Assembly (NCBI GenBank): GCA_040757555.1
Contig: JBFLWN010000007.1
Span: 9,404 to 73,403, forward strand
Reading direction: 5' to 3'
Length of the DNA stretch: 64,000 bases
Origin: Patescibacteria group bacterium
Lineage (GTDB): Bacteria > Patescibacteriota > Minisyncoccia > UBA6257 > GWB1-50-10
How positions within the stretch are numbered: position 1 is the first letter of the stretch; each line of letters begins with the position of its first letter. Positions 1-9,809 of the stretch are shown one piece after another. The notes beneath the pieces were generated by a model that saw only the letters and a list, made by a program, of their open reading frames with translations, was not told the origin of the DNA and did no database searches. Position numbers and translations under genes: made by a program.

Positions 1-30
1 CCCCGTTTTTTCGGGGAGTTTTGTTTTTGG
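1..30 (+). terminator. Rho-independent terminator-like hairpin (ccccg-tttttt-cgggg) plus U-run, end of a truncated upstream gene
   Basis: Perfect 5-bp GC stem with 6-nt loop followed by agttttgttttt. Confidence 0.35.
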
Positions 31-211
31 GGTGTGGGGTTGACCCCGTGTAGAGACCGCGATTACTCAGAATATATTAAAAAGCACATGACATATAGAA
101 ATTGTATTTGTATTACTTGCACACTTCATTTGTGGACTAAGATCGTGATCCACCTCAAACGGGGTTGATTTTATAATAGGGGAATGATATTATGGTGTAG
201 ATTTAAATTAT

Positions 212-517
212 ATGTTTGCAGTTATAGAAACAGGAGGAAAACAATATATTGTTGAAAAAGGAACAACACTTTCCGTTGAAAAACTTTCTTCATCAAAAGG
301 CAATAAAATAGTTTTTGATAAAGTACTTTTGATAGTTGAGAAAGACAAGGTGTCATTCGGCACTCCTTATATAAAGGGAGCGGTAGTCGATGCCCAATCA
401 TTGGAAGAGGGACGTGATAAAAAAAAGATAGTTTTTCGCTATCATTCAAAGACCCGATACAGAAAATTGAAGGGTCATCGCCAACCATTTACCAGTGTAA
501 AAATTCTCTCGGTATAA
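212..517 (+). CDS. rplU: 50S ribosomal protein L21
   Basis: N-terminus MFAVIETGGKQYIVEKG is the bL21 signature; 101 aa. Confidence 0.9.
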   Translation: MFAVIETGGKQYIVEKGTTLSVEKLSSSKGNKIVFDKVLLIVEKDKVSFGTPYIKGAVVDAQSLEEGRDKKKIVFRYHSKTRYRKLKGHRQPFTSVKILSV

Positions 518-523
518 AGAACT

Positions 524-557
524 CCCCGCAGCCTATAAGACTTGCGGGGATTTTGCT
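524..557 (+). terminator. Intrinsic terminator after rplU
   Basis: Hairpin ccccgcagcctataagacttgcgggg followed by attttgct. Confidence 0.45.
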
Positions 558-564
558 ATGATAA

Positions 565-1029
565 GTGTATATGCTCATTTCAAGCGTATATTGGAACACG
601 CGCCGAGGACAGATGACGTTGCCGTTTATATTGCTCATAAGTGGTATTATTGTTGAAATCGCAATTGCCGGAGCGTTTGTTACATATTTTTTAAGTACAT
701 CGGGATATGGAGAACGACTTGCGGTGCGTGCCGAAACCGCTGCCCGTTCAGGTATTAATGATGTATTCGCACGTATTATGCAAAATAAAGATTTTTCTCT
801 TTCCTCGTGTGCTACTCCCTACGAATATACCATTACCGCGGGAGGGGGAGATACCGCACGGATTTCTTTATGTAGAGCAACCGATGTCACTACAAACAAA
901 TATACCTATACCGTTACGAGCATTGGTGTGGCGGTATCCCATCAAAAAAAGTTTGTTGCCACACTACTTGTGGATCAGACTACTGGGCAAGTTGAACTAC
1001 AATCACTTACCGAACAACCAGTTGAATAA
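565..1029 (+). CDS. Type IV pilus minor pilin / PilX-like protein (N-terminal RRGQ plus hydrophobic helix)
   Basis: NTRRGQMTLPFILLISGIIVEIAIAGAF resembles a PilX N-terminal motif; sits upstream of a PilM/N-like gene. True start may be the internal Met at 613. Confidence 0.35.
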   Translation: MYMLISSVYWNTRRGQMTLPFILLISGIIVEIAIAGAFVTYFLSTSGYGERLAVRAETAARSGINDVFARIMQNKDFSLSSCATPYEYTITAGGGDTARISLCRATDVTTNKYTYTVTSIGVAVSHQKKFVATLLVDQTTGQVELQSLTEQPVE

Positions 1030-1034
1030 TAGTT

Positions 1035-2567
1035 ATGAATAATATTCTTTTTAAAACAAAAAAAATTCTCGAATGGTTCGGACGTTTTTTAGAAAAACTA
1101 AGTTCCCGACCCCCTGTGGGTGGGGTGTATGTAAGTAGTTTGGGTGTGCAATATATATCTTTTGAAAAGGAAAAGCCCCAAACTTATTTTTTTCGTTTTC
1201 CCCCAGGGGTGATGAAAAACGGACGCGTACAAAATACAGAGGAATTTATAAATATTCTTAAGCAGATACGCGAAGCAGTGAATCCAAGAAAAAAAACACA
1301 AACACTCCAGGTGATTGTGACACTTCCCACGGAAGTTGTTTTTACACAAAGTTTTGAGGTTCCTAATGTCGGGGAGGAAAAACTTGAGGAGGCAGCAAAT
1401 TTGAACCTCCAGATGATTTCTCCTATTCCCCAAGATTCCGCATATATGAGTTGGCAATTAGTGAAGGAAGGCGACGATCGTTTTGAATTATTTGGAGCAT
1501 TTATCGAAAAGGATATTATTGAAGAATTTAGAAAGGTATTTGAAGGTGCTTCATTTCATCCAATTGCCTTTGAATTTCCCGCACTTTCTCTCTCTCGCGT
1601 TATTACCGAGTCAGTTAATCTGAAGGGAAAGTCGGTGTTGGTATTACAGGTTTCAGGAGATGGGATCAATCTTTCAATTCTTCGTCACAACACGTTACAG
1701 TTTGACTATTTTCGTTCATGGCAGTCGATACAAGGTGAAGGAAAGCAGATTTCACGTGAAGCGCTTGAGCAGGTTATTGTCGATGAGGTGCAGAAAGTTA
1801 TTAATTTTACTTTGAGTAGATTTAAAGAAATGCTTGAACAAGTTATTGTGGTGGCCCCAGGGTTTGAGGGGGATATACAACGAATATTAAAGGGGAGGTT
1901 CGGGAATTTGGGAATTATTCCTTTCATACTTCCCTCACAAGAAGTAACTCCCTCATGGTATGTCGCATATGGATCGGCGCTTCGCGGGAAAAATGACTTT
2001 AACAGGGATCAACATATTAATTTAAATTATGGAATGTCTGCAGACCTCTTTTTCGAAGAATATGTTTTGGGTTTTACAAAATTATGGAGAAACATACTAG
2101 GTATCATTTTTCTATTTTTCTTTATTTTATTTATGATTTCATCGTCGTTTTTGAGTAAACAATTGAAGAATTTAAATACCGAGTTGAATGTTTCCAAAAT
2201 TCAGATAAACGATGCGGAATTTAATAATATTCGAGCGAAAGCACTCGAATTTAATATTCTAGTTGATGCAATCAGACGCGAACCGCGATACGGAGCGTTT
2301 TTCTCGAGTTTTATTGATTATTTCAAAAAACTTACGGATGAAAATAAAATTACCATTGATCGCATTGAGCTTTCCTCTCCGGCGGGCGCGATACAGGTTT
2401 CAGCTCGTGCTCCCGATACGGGGACTGTGGTTGCATTTAAAAACACATTGCTTAAAAACGCGAGATTTAGAGATGTTGACCTTCCGCTTTTTGGAATACG
2501 CGAACTCCCCGACAACACCGCAAGTTTTTCACTTACGTTTTTTGTGAACGAAGCGATGTTTCAATAA
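1035..2567 (+). CDS. PilM/PilN-like fusion, type IV pilus assembly (actin-like N-domain, single TM, PilN-like C-domain)
   Basis: 510 aa. N-terminal ~330 aa is PilM-like; a TM segment ILGIIFLFFFILFMISSSFL is followed by a coiled C-terminal region typical of PilN. Confidence 0.45.
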   Translation: MNNILFKTKKILEWFGRFLEKLSSRPPVGGVYVSSLGVQYISFEKEKPQTYFFRFPPGVMKNGRVQNTEEFINILKQIREAVNPRKKTQTLQVIVTLPTEVVFTQSFEVPNVGEEKLEEAANLNLQMISPIPQDSAYMSWQLVKEGDDRFELFGAFIEKDIIEEFRKVFEGASFHPIAFEFPALSLSRVITESVNLKGKSVLVLQVSGDGINLSILRHNTLQFDYFRSWQSIQGEGKQISREALEQVIVDEVQKVINFTLSRFKEMLEQVIVVAPGFEGDIQRILKGRFGNLGIIPFILPSQEVTPSWYVAYGSALRGKNDFNRDQHINLNYGMSADLFFEEYVLGFTKLWRNILGIIFLFFFILFMISSSFLSKQLKNLNTELNVSKIQINDAEFNNIRAKALEFNILVDAIRREPRYGAFFSSFIDYFKKLTDENKITIDRIELSSPAGAIQVSARAPDTGTVVAFKNTLLKNARFRDVDLPLFGIRELPDNTASFSLTFFVNEAMFQ

Positions 2568-3124
2568 AATAATTTCTCGTATATTGTGTGAAATACATGA
2601 GAGAGGATTTCCAACTCTTCTTTCTTCATTTTTTTTAGAACAAATTCAGACGCCTTTTTTCGTCTTTCCTCTTGCGAAAAAGAAGGGCGAATTCCTATAC
2701 GAAGTCGGAAAAAGTCTTTTGTTCCAAGAGCGCTTATTATGGAGGCAACACCCTTGTGTCCTGCGGCCCCTTTTGCAAAATCGAGTTTATAATCTCCTAA
2801 CGTAAGGTCTGAATCATCGTGTATTACGAGAAGAGAACGAGGATTTTCTTTAAAATAATGTAATGCAATTTGCACTGCACTACCCGACTCGTTCATGAAT
2901 GTGAGGGGAGTCACAAATATTTTTGAGGCAATTTTTGAATGAGTAAATATTTTTGAGGCGTGTGTTTTAGATGATATATTTTCATTATCCTCAAATTTTT
3001 TAATACATAACATACCGATGTTATGATAGGTATATTCGTATTCTTTACCAGGGTTTCCCAGCCCTACAATAATGTGTAGATTCTTGTGGAGGGCTTCTAT
3101 ATTTCCAGGATTGAATTCTTTCAT
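2561..3124 (-). CDS. pth: Peptidyl-tRNA hydrolase
   Basis: IVGLGNPGKEYEYTYHNIG is the Pth N-terminal signature; 187 aa. Confidence 0.9.
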   Translation of the reverse strand: MKEFNPGNIEALHKNLHIIVGLGNPGKEYEYTYHNIGMLCIKKFEDNENISSKTHASKIFTHSKIASKIFVTPLTFMNESGSAVQIALHYFKENPRSLLVIHDDSDLTLGDYKLDFAKGAAGHKGVASIISALGTKDFFRLRIGIRPSFSQEERRKKASEFVLKKMKKEELEILSHVFHTIYEKLFY

Positions 3125-3222
3125 CTGATTCTTTACAATTATCCCATAATTATATATGAGACGCTATTTTCGGGAAAATAATATGAAGTCGTTTTTATTT
3201 GTAAATTTAATTTTTAAATAGG

Positions 3223-3765
3223 ATGAAAAAATTTCTTTGGTCTTTGTTTGAGGTGATAGAAACAGTGGCAATCGCTGTAGTTGCAGTGGTACTCGTTCGG
3301 ACATTTGTGGTACAACCCTTCGTGGTAAGTGGGGCTAGTATGGAACCGACATTTTATAACGGAAATTATCTTCTCGTGGATGAACTCGCATACCGTTTTC
3401 GTACTCCAGAACGCGGAGAAGTGGTGGTGTTTCGTTATCCCGGTGATCGAAGATCGTTCTATATTAAAAGGATTATTGGACTTCCTGGGGAACGGGTAAC
3501 ACTTGATAATGGAAGAGTTTCGATTTATAACAATGGGAAGAAACAAGAGTTGGATGAAGAGTATCTCTCTAAATCGTCTCCCTCGGGATCTTTCGATGAT
3601 ACCCTCGGGGAAAATGAATATTTTGTAATGGGAGATAATCGTAATTTTAGTTTTGATTCTCGTAGTTGGGGTCCTCTTTCTCAGTCGGATATCATAGGAG
3701 TCGTTCGAATTCGGTTGTGGCCACTCCATGAAATGCAGGCATTCGCTGCACCATTGTATAAATAA
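3223..3765 (+). CDS. lepB: Signal peptidase I
   Basis: GASMEPTF, RIIGLPGE and GDNRNFSFDSR motifs of S26 peptidase; N-terminal TM. Confidence 0.9.
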   Translation: MKKFLWSLFEVIETVAIAVVAVVLVRTFVVQPFVVSGASMEPTFYNGNYLLVDELAYRFRTPERGEVVVFRYPGDRRSFYIKRIIGLPGERVTLDNGRVSIYNNGKKQELDEEYLSKSSPSGSFDDTLGENEYFVMGDNRNFSFDSRSWGPLSQSDIIGVVRIRLWPLHEMQAFAAPLYK

Positions 3766-3770
3766 AACAC

Positions 3771-5057
3771 ATGACAACACAAGAAAAAAAGAAAGATAAA
3801 AAAGAAAAAGGAGAAACACTCTCTTCGAAAAACGTATCAGATATTCTTCCAAAAGACGGAGACGCGTGGAAGGAAATTGGTCGGGCGGTTTTTGGTGTTG
3901 CAGAACTCCACAATTTTCACTATATGGAAACACCAGTAATTGAGCGTGCTGAATTTTTTGAGACAAAACAAAACAAGGATTCTCTGTCTAAAAATCATTT
4001 ATATGTAGTAAAAGGAAAGGGGGAACGTTTGGTGTTACGACCGAATTATACCCTTCCATTTCTCAGGAGTTATATTGATAATCATCTTGGATATTTCGCT
4101 TCTCCCCTCAAAATATTTTCTTATGGACAGACATTTTCAATAAAGCAGACAAACGAACACGAAAAAAATATTTCTCGTGAATGGGTGTTCCACGTAATCG
4201 GAGATAATGATCCTATTTATGATGTAGAAATCATTCACACCACCCTTGAGGTAATGAAGGCGTTAAAAATAAAAGACGTGTCGCTTCTTATCAATATTAA
4301 TGGATGTAGGACGTGTCGCGGTGCATATAGGGAAAAAATTAAATCATTTGTAGGATCGAAGAAGGGAGAGTTGTGTTCGCATTGTGTACACTCACACGAA
4401 AAGGACCCATTTGCTTTTTTTGATTGTGTATCCGAGAAATGTACGGTTACAAAGAAGGATGCCCCCACAGTGCTTGATTATCTCTGTCAGAGTTGTAATA
4501 ACTATTTCAAAAACCTCCTTGAGCTCATAGAGGATAATGGAATTCTCTATGAACTTACTCCTTCACTCATAAGAAAGAGCGAGGGAAGTAATCGGCTCGC
4601 GTTTAGTGTGCGAGCGGGAGGAATTGAACTTGCGGCGGGTGGACGACACGACTACATCTCCGAAACCGCATTTAAGAGACAGATTGCTGCCGTTGGGGTT
4701 TCGCTTTTTGTTGATCACATCACACAGGTTATTCAAGTACAAGGAAATCAAATACTTACAAGACAGAAATCACGAGTGTTTTTTATCGTAGTAGGAGATC
4801 AAGCAAAGAAAGCGAGTGTGCGCTTGATGCATCTTTTGAGATCAAGCGGAATTATTACCATGGAAGCACTTGGAAGAAAATCATTGAAGATGCAATTGAA
4901 GGCAGCAGAAAAAGCGAAGGCCCCAGTTTCAGTTCTCCTTGGACAAAAAGAGGTGTTTGAAGAAACCGCAATTGTTCGCGACATGGATACGGGGGCACAA
5001 GAAACAGTAACATTTGCTGGACTTGTGGAGGGGGTGAGAAAAAAATTAAAATCATAA
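3771..5057 (+). CDS. hisS: Histidyl-tRNA synthetase-like class II aaRS with Cys-rich insertion
   Basis: LRPNYTLPFLRSYI, AAGGRHDYI (motif 3-like) and a C-terminal anticodon-binding-like domain. Motif 2 is divergent and an 8-Cys insertion is present. Confidence 0.6.
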   Translation: MTTQEKKKDKKEKGETLSSKNVSDILPKDGDAWKEIGRAVFGVAELHNFHYMETPVIERAEFFETKQNKDSLSKNHLYVVKGKGERLVLRPNYTLPFLRSYIDNHLGYFASPLKIFSYGQTFSIKQTNEHEKNISREWVFHVIGDNDPIYDVEIIHTTLEVMKALKIKDVSLLININGCRTCRGAYREKIKSFVGSKKGELCSHCVHSHEKDPFAFFDCVSEKCTVTKKDAPTVLDYLCQSCNNYFKNLLELIEDNGILYELTPSLIRKSEGSNRLAFSVRAGGIELAAGGRHDYISETAFKRQIAAVGVSLFVDHITQVIQVQGNQILTRQKSRVFFIVVGDQAKKASVRLMHLLRSSGIITMEALGRKSLKMQLKAAEKAKAPVSVLLGQKEVFEETAIVRDMDTGAQETVTFAGLVEGVRKKLKS

Positions 5058-5059
5058 AT

Positions 5060-5464
5060 ATGGGATGCGTTTTTTGCAATATAGTAAATAAGGATATACA
5101 AACAAACATTGTGTATGAAGACGATGTCGCAATTGGAGTGCTCGATATTCACCCGCGAGCACCGGGACATGTTGTGTTATTCCCAAAAGATCATGTACAC
5201 TCTATACTAGATCTTCAAAGTGAGCAGATTGGTCCATTTTTCCATAGTGTTCAAAAGGTAGTATCTCTCTTACAGGAGAAGATGACGCCAGAAGGCTTTA
5301 CTATTGGAATTAACCATGGAGAGGTGGCGGGGCAAGAAGTTGCCCACCTCCATGTGCATGTTATTCCTCGTTGGAAAAGTGATGGGGGGTTGTGTATACA
5401 GAGTATTGTGCAACACATATCAAAAAAGTCGCTTGATGAAATATATAAACAAATAATTTCTTAA
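5060..5464 (+). CDS. HIT family (histidine triad) hydrolase
   Basis: HPRAPGHVVLFPKDH and the HLHVHVIP histidine triad. Confidence 0.85.
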   Translation: MGCVFCNIVNKDIQTNIVYEDDVAIGVLDIHPRAPGHVVLFPKDHVHSILDLQSEQIGPFFHSVQKVVSLLQEKMTPEGFTIGINHGEVAGQEVAHLHVHVIPRWKSDGGLCIQSIVQHISKKSLDEIYKQIIS

Positions 5465-5470
5465 ATTCAT

Positions 5471-5701
5471 ATGATAGATGTAAAGAAAAAAGAAGGAGAA
5501 CACGTTGGCGCGTTTATTTTTCGTTTTAATAAAAAAGTGAAACAGAGTGGAATTATGAAAGAAATGAAAAAGAGAAAATTCACCACACGGAATGTAAATC
5601 GAAATAAACGTAAATCAGCAGCGCTCTACCGTGTTTCAAAAGTAAAGTCGCTTTCAGAACTCAAAAAATATGGAAGCACTCCTGGAAGAAAAAATTCGTA
5701 G
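5471..5701 (+). CDS. rpsU: 30S ribosomal protein S21
   Basis: Basic 76-aa protein with an S21-like FRFNKKVKQSGI...KRK pattern; the classic rpsU-yqeY neighbourhood. Confidence 0.6.
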   Translation: MIDVKKKEGEHVGAFIFRFNKKVKQSGIMKEMKKRKFTTRNVNRNKRKSAALYRVSKVKSLSELKKYGSTPGRKNS

Positions 5702-6134
5702 TGACCTCGAGGGGTCAATGAGGCAAAAAGATCAACTGCGCACCGATACGCTCCGGATGCTCCTTTCGAGCATTCATTCGCGTCTTATCGAAAAGAAAGG
5801 ACAGGGAAAAACCGAACTTTCCAACGAAGAGGTGCTGGAGGTGGTTGCAAAAGAAGCAAAAAAAAGAAGAGAAGCAGCTGAAATCTTTATATCTGGCGGG
5901 CGAAATGACCTTGCGGAAAAAGAGCGAAAAGAGCTTGTTATTGTTGAGATATATCTCCCCGCGCAAGCGAGTGACGAGGAAATTGAAAAGGTGGTAAAAA
6001 AAGCGATTGAAATTGTAAATCCGACGAGTCAAAAAGATTTTGGAAAAGTGATGGCAGAAGCGATGAAAGATCTAAAAGGAAAGGCTGATGGCACTCGCAT
6101 AGGAAATTGTATAAAACAATTCCTGTCGTTTTAA
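5670..6134 (+). CDS. yqeY: GatB/YqeY domain protein
   Basis: N-terminal MEALLEEKIRSDLEGSMRQKDQLRTDTLRML matches the YqeY family; overlaps the rpsU end. Confidence 0.8.
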   Translation: MEALLEEKIRSDLEGSMRQKDQLRTDTLRMLLSSIHSRLIEKKGQGKTELSNEEVLEVVAKEAKKRREAAEIFISGGRNDLAEKERKELVIVEIYLPAQASDEEIEKVVKKAIEIVNPTSQKDFGKVMAEAMKDLKGKADGTRIGNCIKQFLSF

Positions 6135-6143
6135 TCTTGGTAT

Positions 6144-6608
6144 ATGAGTGACACTCGCGTGTTCCAGAAAAACGGAAATACGATAATTGTTTTGACAGAT
6201 ACAAAAGTATTTGCCCCATACGTGCAATTGGTGGGAAAAGTGGTAGCTACCACTCTTTTTTTAGAAAAACAAAAAAATGTTTCGGTTGAAGTATATTTAC
6301 TTACCAATGAGTCAATAAGAGAAATAAATAAGAAATTCAGAAAAAAAGACGTAGCGACGAATGTATTGAGTTTTGAAAATTCAAAAGATCTTATATTTTC
6401 CGAAAAATTGGGGAGAACAAACAAAAAACACATTGGGGAGATCTATCTTGCCCCACGGTATATAAAATCCAAAAAGGAGGATATACGGGGTCTTTCTCTT
6501 CATGGGACACTCCATCTTTTGGGCTATGACCACAAAAAACAGGCGGATTACAAGAAAATGGAGAAAAGGGAAGAAAAAATCTTTGCACGCATAAAACTGG
6601 GGAAATAG
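6144..6608 (+). CDS. ybeY: rRNA maturation endoribonuclease YbeY
   Basis: HGTLHLLGYDH metal-binding motif. Confidence 0.9.
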   Translation: MSDTRVFQKNGNTIIVLTDTKVFAPYVQLVGKVVATTLFLEKQKNVSVEVYLLTNESIREINKKFRKKDVATNVLSFENSKDLIFSEKLGRTNKKHIGEIYLAPRYIKSKKEDIRGLSLHGTLHLLGYDHKKQADYKKMEKREEKIFARIKLGK

Positions 6609-6661
6609 CCCAGCTTTTTTCTTTTTGTAAATTGGTTATAATGAATACATATTTTTGATGT

Positions 6662-7879
6662 ATGTCTCTTATTATTACAGGATTGGATATTGGTTCTTCG
6701 CAAATAAAGGGGGTGGTGTGTGAAAAAAGAAAGGATGGCCAACTTTCAATACTCGCGGTAGTGAAGCAACCATCTTCTGGATTTCGAAAAGGAGTTCTTG
6801 TTGATCGCGAAGATGCAACGGGCGTACTTCGTGAACTCGTATTGGATCTTCAACGTATTTCAAAAAAAACCACACAGAATGTTTTTGTAAATACAAACAG
6901 TGCGCATATTCGTGTTCGCAATTCCCGTGGAATTGCTGCGGTGGCGCGCGCAGACCGGGAAATACAACAGGATGATATTGATCGGGTAATCCAGGCATCA
7001 CAGGCGGTGAAATTACAGCCAAACTATATGGTGATCCATAACATCACTCGCGAATATTTTGTTGATGATATTGGAGATATATATGACCCACTCGGAATGA
7101 CGGGGCATCGTTTGGAGGTGAGTACGCTCGTGGTTGAGGCATTTGCTCCACAAGTGACACTTCTTTTGAAAACACTTGAGAGCGTAGGGATGCATGTTGG
7201 GGGATTGATTTTTAACCCGCTTGCGGCTGCGCGTTCGGTACTTACGAAATCCCAACGCGAATTAGGGGTGTTGTTAATTGATTTTGGATTTGATTCTACT
7301 TCATTTGTGATTTATGAAGAAAATAAAGCATCATACGCAAAAACAATTCCTATTGGTACGCGCCACATTACGAACGATATTGCGATGGGGCTTAAAATTT
7401 CTTTTGAGTCTGCGGAAAAATTAAAACTTACTCATGGATATGCATTTGCAAAAGATATTTCTAGGAAAGATATTATAAAACTTTCTGAATTCGATCCATT
7501 AAATAAAAATGAAATTCCAAAACGATTTATCGCGGAAATCATTGAAGTGCGTCTTGCTGAAATACTTGAACTCGTGAATAATGAATTGAAAGTTTTAGGA
7601 AGAAGTATTCAATTACCTGCTGGGGTGGTGATTACTGGAGGGGGGACAAAGCTTCCGGGAATGACGGAGTTGGTAAAACAGGAGTTAAAATTTCATACAC
7701 AGGTTGGATTTCCCGATTTAGGTGCATTTGAAGTGATGAATCCAACACATAAAGAGCTTATTGATGATCCGGAATTTTCTACTGCACTTGGGCTTGTGCT
7801 TTTTGGGGATGACGAGGGAACAAAGCCAATGGACGCGACTGATTGGGTAAAGCAGTTTATAAAAAATCTTTTTCCATAA
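6662..7879 (+). CDS. ftsA: Cell division protein FtsA
   Basis: Actin-like ATPase with GLDIGSS at the N-terminus and VITGGG; directly upstream of ftsZ. Confidence 0.9.
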   Translation: MSLIITGLDIGSSQIKGVVCEKRKDGQLSILAVVKQPSSGFRKGVLVDREDATGVLRELVLDLQRISKKTTQNVFVNTNSAHIRVRNSRGIAAVARADREIQQDDIDRVIQASQAVKLQPNYMVIHNITREYFVDDIGDIYDPLGMTGHRLEVSTLVVEAFAPQVTLLLKTLESVGMHVGGLIFNPLAAARSVLTKSQRELGVLLIDFGFDSTSFVIYEENKASYAKTIPIGTRHITNDIAMGLKISFESAEKLKLTHGYAFAKDISRKDIIKLSEFDPLNKNEIPKRFIAEIIEVRLAEILELVNNELKVLGRSIQLPAGVVITGGGTKLPGMTELVKQELKFHTQVGFPDLGAFEVMNPTHKELIDDPEFSTALGLVLFGDDEGTKPMDATDWVKQFIKNLFP

Positions 7880-7891
7880 TTACACATACCT

Positions 7892-9130
7892 ATGACAAAA
7901 AAGAAAAAAAGAGGTGTTAAAAAAATAAAACAAACGTTATTCCCACAACAATCGCAAACAATGAAACCAAAAGCGATTATTACCCGCATTAAGGTGGTGG
8001 GGGTTGGAGGGTGTGGCGGAAACGTGGTGAGCCGAATGATGGAAGGTGACCGCATGCGTGGGGTTGAATTTATCGCAATAAACACTGATGCACAAGATCT
8101 TGATCGAGTAATGGCACATCGGAAGATTTATGTGGGAAAAGCACTTACCCGAGGACTTGGTGCGGGAATGAATCCGGAAATTGGAAAACAGGCGGCTGAA
8201 GAAAATCGTTCTGAAATTGGTGAGGTGTTGAATGGAGCAGATATTGTTTTTGTTGTCGCGGGGATGGGGGGAGGAACAGGAACACTTGGTTCATCGGTGG
8301 TTGCCGAGATTGCAAAAGAAAAAGGAATTTTAACAGTCGCGATGGTGACGAAGCCGTTTGCGTTTGAAGGATCACAGCGTATGGCACTTGCGCAAGATGG
8401 ATTAAATAGACTCAAGGATAAAGTGGATTCGCTTATTGTAATTCCGAACGATCGTGTGTTTACACTCGTCGATAAGGATACTCCACTACTCAAAGCATTT
8501 GGATTTATTGATGGGGTCTTGAAACAGGCGGTAAGTGCAATTTCTGATTTGGTAAATGCTCCAGGAATTATTAATGTAGACTTTGCTGATATTAAGGCAA
8601 TTCTAAAAGATGCCGGAATGACACTTATCGGTATTGGAGAAGCATCGGGACAAGATCGAAGTGTGAAGGGCGTGAATATGGCGGTGAATTCTCCACTTCT
8701 TGAGATTTCAATTGATGGAGCAAAAGGAGTCCTTTTTAGTGTTGCAGGAGGAAAAGACTTGAAAATGTCCGAAGTAAATGATGTGGCAAAGGCAGTGACG
8801 GCAAATCTCGACCCAAATGCAAAAGTAATCTTTGGGGCGTATCAAGATAGAAGTCTAAAAGAAAAAAGTATGCGCGTGACCGTAATCGCAACCGGGTTTA
8901 GTGGGGTAATTTCGGGTTCTCGCATGAATACACCAACTCTTTTCTTTTCAAATGAATCACCAAAAGCAATTACCATTGAAGAGCCCATTGGAAGAAAAGA
9001 GAAGTTAACATCACAAAACAAAGAAGAGAAAGAACGAGAAAAAGTGCGTGAAGAGCGTGAAAAAAAATTGGAATTAAGTGATCAAGAGCCGTGGGAAATT
9101 CCCGCATTTTTGAGAAAGAAAAAGAAATAA
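7892..9130 (+). CDS. ftsZ: Cell division protein FtsZ
   Basis: GVGGCGGN and the GGGTGTG tubulin signature. Confidence 0.95.
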   Translation: MTKKKKRGVKKIKQTLFPQQSQTMKPKAIITRIKVVGVGGCGGNVVSRMMEGDRMRGVEFIAINTDAQDLDRVMAHRKIYVGKALTRGLGAGMNPEIGKQAAEENRSEIGEVLNGADIVFVVAGMGGGTGTLGSSVVAEIAKEKGILTVAMVTKPFAFEGSQRMALAQDGLNRLKDKVDSLIVIPNDRVFTLVDKDTPLLKAFGFIDGVLKQAVSAISDLVNAPGIINVDFADIKAILKDAGMTLIGIGEASGQDRSVKGVNMAVNSPLLEISIDGAKGVLFSVAGGKDLKMSEVNDVAKAVTANLDPNAKVIFGAYQDRSLKEKSMRVTVIATGFSGVISGSRMNTPTLFFSNESPKAITIEEPIGRKEKLTSQNKEEKEREKVREEREKKLELSDQEPWEIPAFLRKKKK

Positions 9131-9159
9131 ATCAAACCCCTACGAAGGGGATTTGATTT
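9129..9159 (+). terminator. Hairpin terminator after ftsZ
   Basis: aaatcaaacccc-tacgaa-ggggatttgattt, a 12-bp stem. Confidence 0.5.
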
Positions 9160-9209
9160 ATAATAGGCTTATTGAAATATTCTTTGTATTCAAGTATTAT
9201 TTTTTTGTT

Positions 9210-9284
9210 GCCACCTTAGCTCAGTGGTAGAGCAACGCTTTTGTAAAGCGTGGGTCCTCGGTTCAAATCCGAGAGGTGGCTCCA
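9210..9284 (+). tRNA. tRNA-Thr (anticodon TGT)
   Basis: Cloverleaf folds by hand: acceptor gccacct/aggtggc, anticodon loop tttgtaa, T-loop ttcaaat, CCA encoded. Confidence 0.85.
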
Positions 9285-9341
9285 AATTGCACCGCACTAT
9301 TTTTTCCTGTATTGTAATAAAGTTCTTTTCAGAGAATTATT

Positions 9342-9414
9342 GCCAATGTAGCTCAGTTGGTAGAGCAACTCCATGGTAAGGAGTAGGTCATCGGTTCAAA
9401 TCCGATCATTGGCT
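9342..9414 (+). tRNA. tRNA-Thr (anticodon GGT)
   Basis: Acceptor gccaatg/cattggc, anticodon stem actcc/ggagt, loop atggtaa, T-loop ttcaaat. Confidence 0.8.
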
Positions 9415-9477
9415 CAAAATATAAATACTTTACTTTTTTCCTGTTTTGTTTTAAGTTTACAGTATTACAAAATTTGT

Positions 9478-9648
9478 ATGGCACAAGGGAAATTTACTGA
9501 AAATTTAATAAAACTTCGCTGCACGAAGTGTAAGCGCACAAACTATCTCAAACACAAGAACAGAAAGACAGTTGAGCGAAAGATTGAATTTAAGAAGTAT
9601 TGCGAATGGTGCAAGGCGCACACTCCACACAAGGAATCAAAAAAATAG
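9478..9648 (+). CDS. rpmG: 50S ribosomal protein L33
   Basis: MAQGKFTENLIKLRCTKCKRTNYLKHKNRKTVERKIEFKKYCEWCKAHTPHKE is a typical L33 zinc ribbon. The ORF-track start 9373 overlaps the tRNA, so the start is trimmed to the ATG at 9478. Confidence 0.85.
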   Translation: MAQGKFTENLIKLRCTKCKRTNYLKHKNRKTVERKIEFKKYCEWCKAHTPHKESKK

Positions 9649-9652
9649 GAAA

Positions 9653-9680
9653 TTCCCCGAGAGGGGATTTTCTTTTTATT
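9653..9680 (+). terminator. Intrinsic terminator after rpmG
   Basis: ttcccc-gaga-gggga hairpin followed by tttctttttatt. Confidence 0.6.
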
Positions 9681-9708
9681 GAGATTTTAGTATAAAATAA
9701 AGGACGTT

Positions 9709-9779
9709 GGGAGCTTAGTTAAGTGGCATAACTGCGGTCTCCAAAACCGCTGTCGGGGGTTCGATTCCCTCAGCTCCCG
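9709..9779 (+). tRNA. tRNA-Trp (anticodon CCA)
   Basis: Acceptor gggagct/agctccc, anticodon loop ctccaaa, T-loop ttcgatt. Confidence 0.85.
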
Positions 9780-9809
9780 CAAAAAAAATCTCGTGCTATA
9801 CTAAAAATA

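Noticed and set aside
707-1042. Overlapping alternative-frame ORFs (707..1042, 1098..1457 minus, 2263..2547 and many similar 60-130-aa ORFs listed in the track)
   Set aside because: They are embedded in or antisense to longer ORFs with recognisable homology; low-complexity translations; no independent signals.
9373-9477. N-terminal extension of rpmG from the ORF track (91-aa version)
   Set aside because: The extension overlaps tRNA-Thr(GGT) and is not L33-like; the conserved L33 sequence begins at the ATG at 9478.
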